From: Christensenella sp. UBA5489
Lineage (GTDB): Bacteria; Bacillota; Clostridia; Christensenellales; UBA1242
Length of the DNA: 64,000 nt
Direction of reading: 5' to 3'
Assembly (NCBI GenBank): GCA_002424095.1
Contig: DIPL01000001.1
Location: 2,184 to 66,183 of the forward strand
Part shown: in pieces, positions 16,936 to 24,948 of the stretch
How positions within the stretch are numbered: the stretch's first letter is position 1
Layout: each line of letters opens with the position of its first letter
Notes under the pieces: model-generated
Seen by the model: only the letters and a program-made list of their open reading frames with translations
The model's database searches: none
Told to the model about the DNA's origin: nothing
Program-made: the position numbers and the translations under genes

Positions 16936-18927
16936 ATGAAAAATAGTGAAAATGAAAAACCAGAAGATTTAAAAAGTACGAATTCAGTAAAAGAAAAATC
17001 AAAAAAATTATACGAAACAAAAACCAAAGAAATGGCCAATTCTCTTGATGCGGCAGAAAAAGCGGAGTTATATGAAAAATTAATTGTTCAAGATGTTACA
17101 GAAGATTTTTTAAATAGACAAGAAGAACGTCGCAGAATAGAGGCACAATGGCAGTTAAATATGAAGTTCTTATCAGGAAATCAATATTGTTCAATCAATA
17201 ATAATGGAGAAATTCTTTCGTATAACCGCAGATTTTTTTGGCAACAGCAAGAATCTTATAATCATATTGCACCAATTATTGAACGTCGGCTTTCCAAACT
17301 TCAAAAAGTACGTCCAAAAATTAATGTTTATCCTGCATCTAACAACGACGCCGACATAAAAACCGCTAAACTTTCAAAGAAAATTCTAGAATCAATTTAT
17401 AACAAAATAGAATTAAGTTCAATCATAACAGAGGCAACAAAATGGAGCGAAATTTGCGGTACAAGTTTTTATAAAATTATTTGGGATTCATCAAAAGGTG
17501 AAAAAATTGCACAACTCGACAACGGAGAAGCAATTAAATCCGGCGACGTTGAAATTTTACCAATATCGCCCTTTGAAATCTATCCCGAAAACTCAATGGC
17601 GCAAGATATACAAAATTGTCGTAGCATAATTCACGCTCGTGCCTACCACGCAGATGAAATCAAAAATCAATGGGGTATTGATATTGAAGGAGATAAAATA
17701 AATATATTAACACTTGAAAATAATGTTGGCGAATTGTCTCAAGTAGGTGCTACAACTCAAAGCAATATGCGAAACAGCGGTGCAAACGGAATTGTTCGTG
17801 AAAATTATGTCGTTGTAATTGAAAAATATGAAGCACCGAGCGAAAAATTCCCTAACGGACGACTTATTATTGTGGCGAAAAATAAATTACTACACATTGG
17901 AGCATTACCTTTTATTAATGATATAGACGGTGCAAGAACTTTTCCGTTTATCAAGCAAGTTTCAATTCCACAAGTCGGATGTTTTTGGGGCAGTAGCATA
18001 ATTGAACGTCTAATTCCACTTCAACGTGCTTATAATGCAATAAAAAACCGCAAACACGAATTCCTCAACCGTCTTTCAATGGGAATTTTGACAGTCGAAG
18101 ACGGCTCAATTGATACCGAAAGTTTGGAAGAAGACGGACTTTGTCCGGGAAAAGTACTTGTTTATCGACAAGGTGCAAATGTACCTAAATATATGTCGAA
18201 CGACACAATTCCGTTTGATTTTACGAGCGAAGAAGAATCTCTCAAAAAAGAATTCGTAGAAATGAGCGGTGTTTCGGATTTTGCAAGCACACAATATACA
18301 AGTAAAAATTTAAGCGGTGCGGCGTTAGAACTCTTAATTGAACAAGATGAAAATAAAATTTTAGTAACGGTGGATAGCATAAAAAGTGCAATCAGAGAAA
18401 TTGCTAAACATATTTTACGACTTTATAAGCAATATGTAAAAATTCCAAAACTAACAAAAATTGTTGGAGATAATGGCGAACTTGAAATTTTTTACTTCAA
18501 CTCAGCAGATATTTCATCCGATGATATTGTTTTCGAAACAAAAGATGAAATAAGCGAAACATATTCTCAAAGGCGGAATATGGTTATGGAACTTTTAAGG
18601 TCAGGATTATTAAGTGATGAAAACGGCAAACTTTCAAACCGTATGAAATCAAAAGTTTTGGAACTTCTTGGCTTTGGAATTTGGGAAGGTGCGCTTGATA
18701 TAAACGAACTTCAAGCAGGTAGAGCATCCAAAGAAAATTATTCATTTCTTGAAAAGCAAGTGCCGAAAACATCTGAAATTGATGACCACGAAATTCATAT
18801 TTCAGAGCATACTGCATTTTTGTTGAGCGGAGAAGTGGAGAAAAACGAAAAATCTAAACAAGAGATAATGAAAAATATTTTAGAACATATCAAACAGCAC
18901 AAAACGCTATTGAATAAATTCAAATAA
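16936..18927 (+). CDS. phage portal protein
   Basis: 663 aa with an AAGGAG RBS. The N-terminal region EERRRIEAQWQLNMKFLSGNQY...YNHIAPIIERRLSKL is typical of portal/head-tail connector proteins. It sits before scaffold and capsid. Confidence 0.8.
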   Translation: MKNSENEKPEDLKSTNSVKEKSKKLYETKTKEMANSLDAAEKAELYEKLIVQDVTEDFLNRQEERRRIEAQWQLNMKFLSGNQYCSINNNGEILSYNRRFFWQQQESYNHIAPIIERRLSKLQKVRPKINVYPASNNDADIKTAKLSKKILESIYNKIELSSIITEATKWSEICGTSFYKIIWDSSKGEKIAQLDNGEAIKSGDVEILPISPFEIYPENSMAQDIQNCRSIIHARAYHADEIKNQWGIDIEGDKINILTLENNVGELSQVGATTQSNMRNSGANGIVRENYVVVIEKYEAPSEKFPNGRLIIVAKNKLLHIGALPFINDIDGARTFPFIKQVSIPQVGCFWGSSIIERLIPLQRAYNAIKNRKHEFLNRLSMGILTVEDGSIDTESLEEDGLCPGKVLVYRQGANVPKYMSNDTIPFDFTSEEESLKKEFVEMSGVSDFASTQYTSKNLSGAALELLIEQDENKILVTVDSIKSAIREIAKHILRLYKQYVKIPKLTKIVGDNGELEIFYFNSADISSDDIVFETKDEISETYSQRRNMVMELLRSGLLSDENGKLSNRMKSKVLELLGFGIWEGALDINELQAGRASKENYSFLEKQVPKTSEIDDHEIHISEHTAFLLSGEVEKNEKSKQEIMKNILEHIKQHKTLLNKFK

Positions 18928-18942
18928 TAAAATGGAGAAAAA

Positions 18943-20049
18943 ATGCAAAAAGAAAATAAGAAAAGGGAACAACCTGTAAAAAAATCCAACAAACCAGCAG
19001 TCAACTCCTTTGATAAATTAACTCGTGAATTAGCTCAAAAAATGAAACTGGAAAATATTAGTGCAAAATCGAACGAAAATAACAAAAAACTTAAAACTGA
19101 ACCAACTTTTGATTTTGGCGAAAACACAGTTAATGAAATCTTTGGCAAAGTTAATGAAGAAATCATTGATAAAATTTCAGAAAAAACAAATGATGACAAC
19201 GAAAATGCTGAAAAATCAATTATAACTTCTGAAAAATCTGCTGATGGAGAAACTGCTAAAACTGTTGAAGAAATGACAAATCAAACTGCTGACGAACAAA
19301 CAGAATCTAGTGGCAATTTTGACAACAGCAAAACGAATTGCAATTCTAATTGTTGCGAAAAAGATTGTAATGAAAATTTGGAAACAACTGAAAACTTCAC
19401 AGGCTCCCTTGGTAAATTCAAAGATGCTCAAAGTTTACTCATCGCCTATAACAACTTGCAGGCAGAGTTTACAAGAAAGTGTCAAAGACTAAAAGAATTT
19501 GAAAGAACATATGAACCAGAAAGTTGGCGAACGACAATAAAAAGTAATGAAAACTTGAACGACAAAAAACTTGATAATAAAATCGCATTGGAAAAATTAT
19601 TTTCACAAATTTCAACAACCGAAAATGAGCAAATAAATCCGCAAGAAATCAATGTTCAAAATCTAGCGGAAAAGCAATTGCAATCAGATTTTCAAACAAA
19701 ACAATTACAACCGGAAAACAAATCGCAGTTGCAAACAGAGAATTTTCAAGAAGAGATAAAATCACAGGCAAATCAATTGTCGGAAAATCAAACGAAAGAA
19801 CAAACGGAATCACAAAATACTAATATTGAAGATTTATTGAAAAATCCACAAGTTAAAGAATATATTTTAAACCGTGATGATATAAAAGAAAATGTTTTGA
19901 AAATATATTTTAAAGAACTTCGTGAAAGCAATCCACCGAAGGTGATTTCAAGTCTTATTGGCTCTGGAATTGCACTGAAAACTCCACTGAAACCAACAAA
20001 TATGGAAGAGGCAAAAGCAATCATAAATAAGATGTTTCATTTAAAATAA
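18943..20049 (+). CDS. putative capsid scaffolding protein
   Basis: Assigned by position between portal and capsid. It is a 368-aa, highly acidic, Gln/Glu/Asn-rich low-complexity protein. An odd Cys cluster CNSNCCEKDC lies near aa 133. Confidence 0.45.
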   Translation: MQKENKKREQPVKKSNKPAVNSFDKLTRELAQKMKLENISAKSNENNKKLKTEPTFDFGENTVNEIFGKVNEEIIDKISEKTNDDNENAEKSIITSEKSADGETAKTVEEMTNQTADEQTESSGNFDNSKTNCNSNCCEKDCNENLETTENFTGSLGKFKDAQSLLIAYNNLQAEFTRKCQRLKEFERTYEPESWRTTIKSNENLNDKKLDNKIALEKLFSQISTTENEQINPQEINVQNLAEKQLQSDFQTKQLQPENKSQLQTENFQEEIKSQANQLSENQTKEQTESQNTNIEDLLKNPQVKEYILNRDDIKENVLKIYFKELRESNPPKVISSLIGSGIALKTPLKPTNMEEAKAIINKMFHLK

Positions 20050-20091
20050 AAAATATCAAAATTAAAAAATTAATCAATTTTAGGAGGGAAA

Positions 20092-21309
20092 ATGGCAGTA
20101 ACAATAACAAGCGCAGAAGCAGCGCTAAAAAGTGTATATCTTGGAGTTGTTGCAAATCAACTCAACATAAACTCAAATCCTTTACTTGCAAAAATTCGTC
20201 AATCATCGGCAAATATTTGGGGCAAGGAAATCATCAAACTTGCACCTTATGGCATTAATGGCGGCATAGGTGCAGGTAGCGAGGAAGGCAGTCTTCCGAC
20301 AGCAGGTGGAAATAAATATGTGCAGTTTAAAGCTGGATTAAAAAATTTATATGGGAAAATTGAAATTTCAGATAAAGCAATTCGTGCATCAGAAAATAAT
20401 GTTGGTGCATTCGTAAATCTTCTAAACGATGAAATGGAAGGGCTTATCAAAGCAAGCAGTTTTAATCTCGGACGTATGCTCTACGGCGATGGCTCGGGGC
20501 TTTTGGCAACCACTTCAAAAGCGGTTTCCTTAGGAGATACTTTTTTCACAGTTGCAGACGCACGGAACATAATTGAAGGAATGATTTTGGACGTGTATAA
20601 CGGTGATACAAAAAATGCGACATTCAGTGGCTATCGTGTTACCTATGTCGAAAGAGGAGCAAATGAAAGCAAAATTTATATTGATTGTCCGTCAGACCTT
20701 GGAACTTTAACCACCGCTGCAAAACTTTATGTGCAAGGCTCACGCAATTTTGAAATAACAGGCTTAGAAGCAATTTTTGGTAGTGCTGATTTATATGGGT
20801 TAAGTCGTACAACATATCCGTGGCTTAATCCGTATAAAGATAACACAGATAAAGAAATTTCCGACATTGTTCTTCAAGATGCAATTGATGCCTTGGAAGA
20901 TAAGGCGGGTAGTGAAATTGACTTTATAACGTGTGCAAGGGATGTTCGCAAGGCATATCAGCAATATCTATCATATTACAAAAGAAATGTCGATATTATG
21001 GAACTTGCGGGCGGTTATAAAGCGATAACCTTTAATGGTATACCGCTTGTCGCCGACCGATTTGTTGAAAGTGGAACATTATATATGTTAAATACAAAAG
21101 ATTTTGTATTGCATCAACTTTGCGACTGGAATTGGCTTGAAAACGAAGATGGCAGAGTTTTAAGACAAACCACTGGTTATCCGACATATAGTGCAACTTT
21201 GGTAAAATATGCAGATTTAATTTGCGACCGTCCAATTGCTCAGTCAAAAATTTCAGGAATTTCAAGCACGGTTACAAATCCGTTTGAAATTCCAACTGGA
21301 ACAGAATAA
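20092..21309 (+). CDS. phage major capsid protein (HK97-fold inferred)
   Basis: 405 aa with a strong AGGAGGG RBS, located after the scaffold gene. SDKAIRASENNVGAFVNLLNDEMEGLIKASSFNLGRMLYGDGSG is typical of major capsid families. Confidence 0.75.
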   Translation: MAVTITSAEAALKSVYLGVVANQLNINSNPLLAKIRQSSANIWGKEIIKLAPYGINGGIGAGSEEGSLPTAGGNKYVQFKAGLKNLYGKIEISDKAIRASENNVGAFVNLLNDEMEGLIKASSFNLGRMLYGDGSGLLATTSKAVSLGDTFFTVADARNIIEGMILDVYNGDTKNATFSGYRVTYVERGANESKIYIDCPSDLGTLTTAAKLYVQGSRNFEITGLEAIFGSADLYGLSRTTYPWLNPYKDNTDKEISDIVLQDAIDALEDKAGSEIDFITCARDVRKAYQQYLSYYKRNVDIMELAGGYKAITFNGIPLVADRFVESGTLYMLNTKDFVLHQLCDWNWLENEDGRVLRQTTGYPTYSATLVKYADLICDRPIAQSKISGISSTVTNPFEIPTGTE

Positions 21310-21345
21310 ATTATAAAATGAAACAACTTATGAAGAGAGTTAAAT

Positions 21346-21654
21346 ATGTTGGTTGAAGTTACAACAGATGTATATTTTATTGCCGAACGCTTATGTGAAA
21401 TTGATAAAAATTATTTTACAGTCTATAACACCGCCACTCAAAAATTTGAAATTCACAATAGAGAGCAACAAGGGAATACTTATTGTTTAAGTGTTCCCTT
21501 TGAAACTCTTGATTGTCGCACTTTGGAACTGGTGCAGAAAACGAAAATAGAAAATATCAATAAAATAATTGAAGAGATTGACAAGTCTAATATAATAGCA
21601 CAACAAAAATTGCAGAGAGAAACATTAAAAAAAGCACAGAAAATTTTAAATTAA
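21346..21654 (+). CDS. hypothetical phage protein
   Basis: 102-aa ORF in the structural operon. No family recognised. Confidence 0.4.
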   Translation: MLVEVTTDVYFIAERLCEIDKNYFTVYNTATQKFEIHNREQQGNTYCLSVPFETLDCRTLELVQKTKIENINKIIEEIDKSNIIAQQKLQRETLKKAQKILN

Positions 21655-21717
21655 ATTGTAAGAATATAAGATTGAACTCAAAAAAATAAAAATTCGAAAG
21701 TTAAAAAAGGATATAAA

Positions 21718-22290
21718 ATGAAAGTCAAAGATATAATTGAAATTGCACTTGTACTTGTTGGGAAGAATTCTCTTTTGGACACATCAATGTTTAATCCACA
21801 AATTATAGAACCGCTGACCAATGAGCAAGAAAAAGAACTAGGCTATTTAGAAAAGTGTTTTAATTTAGTTTATAAGGAAGTGAGTGCAGATTATTTACCG
21901 CTTATGTATGAAGAAACAATTACATTTAAAAACGGCGAGTTTGTTTTGGACCAACTTGATAAAAGCATTCTAGACATTTATAAACTTTATGATAATTCGT
22001 ATGGAGATATTTCTTACCGCCTTTTTCCAACTTATATAAAAGCCGATGCCACAGTCGCTAATATAATTTACAGTTTTTTGCCTGAAAATCTAGAACTTGA
22101 TGATGAAGTAATATTTTTTGGCGGAAAACTTTTGCCACAAGTTTTAGCATACGGAATTGCACGTGAATATTGTCTTATTAATGGCGAACTTACAGAAGCA
22201 GATATTTGGGAAAAACGTTTTAAAGATGGAATTCAAACTGAAATGCGAAAAAAAAGTCAAATACAAATCAAGCCACGGAGGTGGTATTAA
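21718..22290 (+). CDS. putative head-tail connector/adaptor protein
   Basis: 190-aa protein positioned after the capsid gene. The call rests on position and general similarity to gp6-like head completion proteins only. Confidence 0.35.
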   Translation: MKVKDIIEIALVLVGKNSLLDTSMFNPQIIEPLTNEQEKELGYLEKCFNLVYKEVSADYLPLMYEETITFKNGEFVLDQLDKSILDIYKLYDNSYGDISYRLFPTYIKADATVANIIYSFLPENLELDDEVIFFGGKLLPQVLAYGIAREYCLINGELTEADIWEKRFKDGIQTEMRKKSQIQIKPRRWY

Positions 22291-23780
22291 TGTCGTTGAT
22301 GTTTTATAAAAACAAATTAAAAATAAAAAAGCCAAATTCAAAAATAATTAATTTTGACAATTTTGCGGAGAATATAAATTCAGATTTATGTAGCGAAAAT
22401 CTCAAAGAAGCAGGAAAAATAAGTTATAACTATCAAAATACAAGCGGAACGCTTGAATCCGAAATAGGATTCACTGAACTTGCTTTGCCAATTTCGGATG
22501 GTTCGCTTGAAACACGTATAATTCGAAATTTCAATGATACCGACGTAAAAAAACTTTGGCATTTTAAATATTTTGACCACGTTTATAACTGTGTTGCTGA
22601 TAAAATTATTTTTTGCAGTGCGGATGGGAGATTAAGTGTTTTAAGCGTTTTTGACTATGATAAAAATTCTTACATACTCGATATTGAAGCATTCGGAAAC
22701 TTGCCAGTTGGCATAAATTATTGCATTGAAGGCGAGGACTTTATGATCTTTTCAGGCGGCAGTTCTCTTGTGGCTTACACTTCACGCCGATTGCCAATTT
22801 ATAACGAAAATTGTCCGCCGCTTTTATCAATTTGCAAGGCATACGATAACATTTTTGCAATTTTAGCAGGCGATAGAAATAAACTTTTATATACGCCAAA
22901 TACGAATCCACTTGCATTGAGCGATATAAATGAAAAAATGGATTTAACTGGCGAAGCAGGGCGGCTTTGTTCACTTATTAATTTTGATGATTATTTATTT
23001 ATTTTTCGAGAATTTGGAATTACAAAACTTTCAAAGTACGGCTCAGCAGATAATTTCAGTATAAGCGAAATATATCAGTCATCCGCTAGAATTTATGAAA
23101 ATACGATTTCTGTTTGCGGAAATGAAATTATATTTTTAGCACAAGATGGAATTTATAAATTTAGCGGAACGAACACCGAAAAAATTAAATTAAATATTGA
23201 TAAATTTTTCGACGGTATTGCAAACAATGATTCATCCGCTTGTTATAGTAAAGGAAAATATATTTTGGCGTGTAGGCTGAATTTTGGCGATGAAAGAGAA
23301 GTTGGTTGTGAAACATATGCAGATGGATTTAAAAATAATGCGATTATAATTTTAGATTTAAACTCAAAAAAATTCAGCATTATGCGTGGACTTGATATTT
23401 CAAGTTTGCTTAGTTTAAATGCTGGTTCGTTAAGCACCATCTTAGCAACTTTTAATGGCGAACATTCTAAAAAAATTGGAATTATAGACACTTCTGCATC
23501 AATTTTTGACACAGAATTAAACTGTTTGTGGCAAAGCGGAAAATTTGATTTTGGAGAATTTGAAAAACTTAAAATTATAAAAAAGATTTTTATAAAGACA
23601 AAAGAGAATTGCAAAATAATCTTGAAATCAGATATTGAAGAAAAAATTTTTACAATCAATGCTGGACCATCAACGCAGTGCATTAACACAAAATTAAAAG
23701 GAAAAGTTTTCGAAGTTAGCATATCATCAGACGGAAAAACGCATATATCAAACTTCAAACTTAAAGCCGATATTGAATAA
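22290..23780 (+). CDS. putative neck/tail structural protein (repetitive beta-rich)
   Basis: TAATG overlap with the upstream gene. GGAGG at 22277-22281 favours ATG 22290. Recurrent FxxDGxxY-type segments (FCSADGRLSVLSVFDY, FLAQDGIYKFSG) suggest a beta-propeller-like fold. Confidence 0.35.
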   Translation: MSLMFYKNKLKIKKPNSKIINFDNFAENINSDLCSENLKEAGKISYNYQNTSGTLESEIGFTELALPISDGSLETRIIRNFNDTDVKKLWHFKYFDHVYNCVADKIIFCSADGRLSVLSVFDYDKNSYILDIEAFGNLPVGINYCIEGEDFMIFSGGSSLVAYTSRRLPIYNENCPPLLSICKAYDNIFAILAGDRNKLLYTPNTNPLALSDINEKMDLTGEAGRLCSLINFDDYLFIFREFGITKLSKYGSADNFSISEIYQSSARIYENTISVCGNEIIFLAQDGIYKFSGTNTEKIKLNIDKFFDGIANNDSSACYSKGKYILACRLNFGDEREVGCETYADGFKNNAIIILDLNSKKFSIMRGLDISSLLSLNAGSLSTILATFNGEHSKKIGIIDTSASIFDTELNCLWQSGKFDFGEFEKLKIIKKIFIKTKENCKIILKSDIEEKIFTINAGPSTQCINTKLKGKVFEVSISSDGKTHISNFKLKADIE

Positions 23781-23793
23781 AGGCAGGATAGCA

Positions 23794-23997
23794 ATGAAAA
23801 GTAGTTTAAAGCAAAATAAGATGAACGAACATAATTCGTCAAATAAATTAATTGAAAACTCTCAGGAAAAACAGAATAAAAGAGAAAATCAAAAACAACA
23901 AAATAGTTTTAAATTTTCGCATAAAGTAATAAGAGGAAAAATACTCTATTTATTAAGACGAGATTATATCAAAAGATATAAAAAATTGAATATTTAG
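23794..23997 (+). CDS. small, very basic Lys/Gln/Asn-rich ORF (uncertain)
   Basis: 67 aa from ATG 23794, with a low-complexity composition. It may not be a real gene. Confidence 0.2.
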   Translation: MKSSLKQNKMNEHNSSNKLIENSQEKQNKRENQKQQNSFKFSHKVIRGKILYLLRRDYIKRYKKLNI

Positions 23998-24082
23998 AAA
24001 AATATTTTAGATATATAAGATATAAACATATAAAAATATTATATTATAAAGAACTTTTTTAATATAAAATTTATAAAATATA

Positions 24083-24484
24083 ATGAAACACAAAAGGTTG
24101 AAAATGCAAGAATTAATTAATGTAGTAATAAGTAACGGAATTTTTGCAACTTTATTTGTTGCGTTGCTTTATTTTCAATTAAAAGACAGTTCTCAACGTG
24201 AGAAAAAATATATTGCAGTGATTGAAAAATTTTCAAAGCAACTCGATGCCGTTGAAGATGTTAAGGAAAATATTTCCAAACACTTTGATTCTGTCGATAA
24301 CGTGAGTTATGACATTTCTAAACAATCTGAGGCAATTGAAAATGTTAAGCAAGACATATCTGAAATAAAAAATGTAATTTATTTTAATAACACAATTGTT
24401 TCAAAGGGGAAAAAAGATAACAAAAAGCAAAGTAACATTATTAAAGAAAATAATTCCGAAGCAAAAGTCGAAAATGAAAATTAA
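24083..24484 (+). CDS. BhlA/UviB-family holin-like protein
   Basis: N-terminal single TM and adjacent motif VISNGIFATLFVALLYFQLKDSSQREKKYIAVIEKFSKQL matches my recollection of the BhlA/UviB family (GPFAVLFCWLLFYVMKTSKERESKL). The true start may be ATG 24104. Confidence 0.6.
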   Translation: MKHKRLKMQELINVVISNGIFATLFVALLYFQLKDSSQREKKYIAVIEKFSKQLDAVEDVKENISKHFDSVDNVSYDISKQSEAIENVKQDISEIKNVIYFNNTIVSKGKKDNKKQSNIIKENNSEAKVENEN

Positions 24485-24507
24485 TTTTCAGAAGTAAAAA
24501 GGAAAAG

Positions 24508-24810
24508 ATGAAATTTAAAGATAGAGTAAAATCATATAAATTTTGGGTTGCGCTTTCCGCCTCGCTCATAATTTTATTACAAACTTTGGGAGAGGCATTT
24601 GGCTTCACGATATCTGAAAAGGTGATTGATGGAATTGTTATGGGATTTTGCAGTATTCTTGTGGTTCTAGGAATTGTCGAGCATCCAGCCGACAAGAATA
24701 ATGACGACAAAGAAAATATTGAAAACGACAAAAAATCTGAAAATGAAAGTAAACCCGAAACCAAATCCGAAAATAAACCCGAACCCAAATCCGAAAGCAA
24801 ACCAAAATAG
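24508..24810 (+). CDS. phiLC3-family phage holin
   Basis: MKFKDRVKSYKFWVALSASLIILLQTLGEAFGFTISEKVIDGIVMGFCSILVVLGIVEHP has two TM helices and the typical N-terminal KNKxFW motif pattern. The tail is a charged repeat. Confidence 0.65.
   Translation: MKFKDRVKSYKFWVALSASLIILLQTLGEAFGFTISEKVIDGIVMGFCSILVVLGIVEHPADKNNDDKENIENDKKSENESKPETKSENKPEPKSESKPK
24751..24807 (+). repeat. 24-bp tandem repeat (about 2.3 copies) encoding KPE(T/P)KSE(N/S)
   Basis: AAACCCGAAACCAAATCCGAAAAT (24751-24774) and AAACCCGAACCCAAATCCGAAAGC (24775-24798) are 22/24 identical. A partial third copy follows. Confidence 0.8.
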
Positions 24811-24828
24811 AAAAATAAAAAAATATTT

Positions 24829-24878
24829 AAACTCATTAATTTTAGGAGAAATTCTTAAATTTAATGAGTTTTTATTTT
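24829..24878 (+). terminator. rho-independent terminator closing the island
   Basis: AAACTCATTAA (24829-24839) pairs with TTAATGAGTTT (24861-24871) and is followed by a T-run. Confidence 0.55.
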
Positions 24879-24948
24879 TAAACTTTACAATCTTAAAAAA
24901 AATGTTATAATTACAATTAATACAGTAAATTTTTTTAGAAGGATTATA

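Larger units (their letters stand above)
6353..24948 (+). mobile_element. phage-derived head-morphogenesis island (incomplete prophage, or GTA-/satellite-like); bounds set by the flanking housekeeping genes ogg and pdp
   Basis: Contains a late-regulator-like gene, terL, a terS-like gene, portal, scaffold, major capsid, three small/medium structural candidates and two holins. I recognise no integrase, repressor, replication, tape-measure, fibre or endolysin genes, and I found no convincing att repeats. Confidence 0.6.

Noticed and set aside
19336-19370. The Cys cluster CNSNCCEKDC in the putative scaffolding protein, considered as a metal-binding site.
   Set aside because: It is an isolated short cluster in a low-complexity acidic protein. 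I have no comparative evidence, and it is too weak to report as a feature.
23243-23842. A 199-aa ORF on the minus strand, antisense to the 499-aa structural gene.
   Set aside because: It has no RBS and a low-complexity hydrophobic translation, and it is fully nested antisense to a better-supported gene in an operon context. It is probably a shadow ORF.
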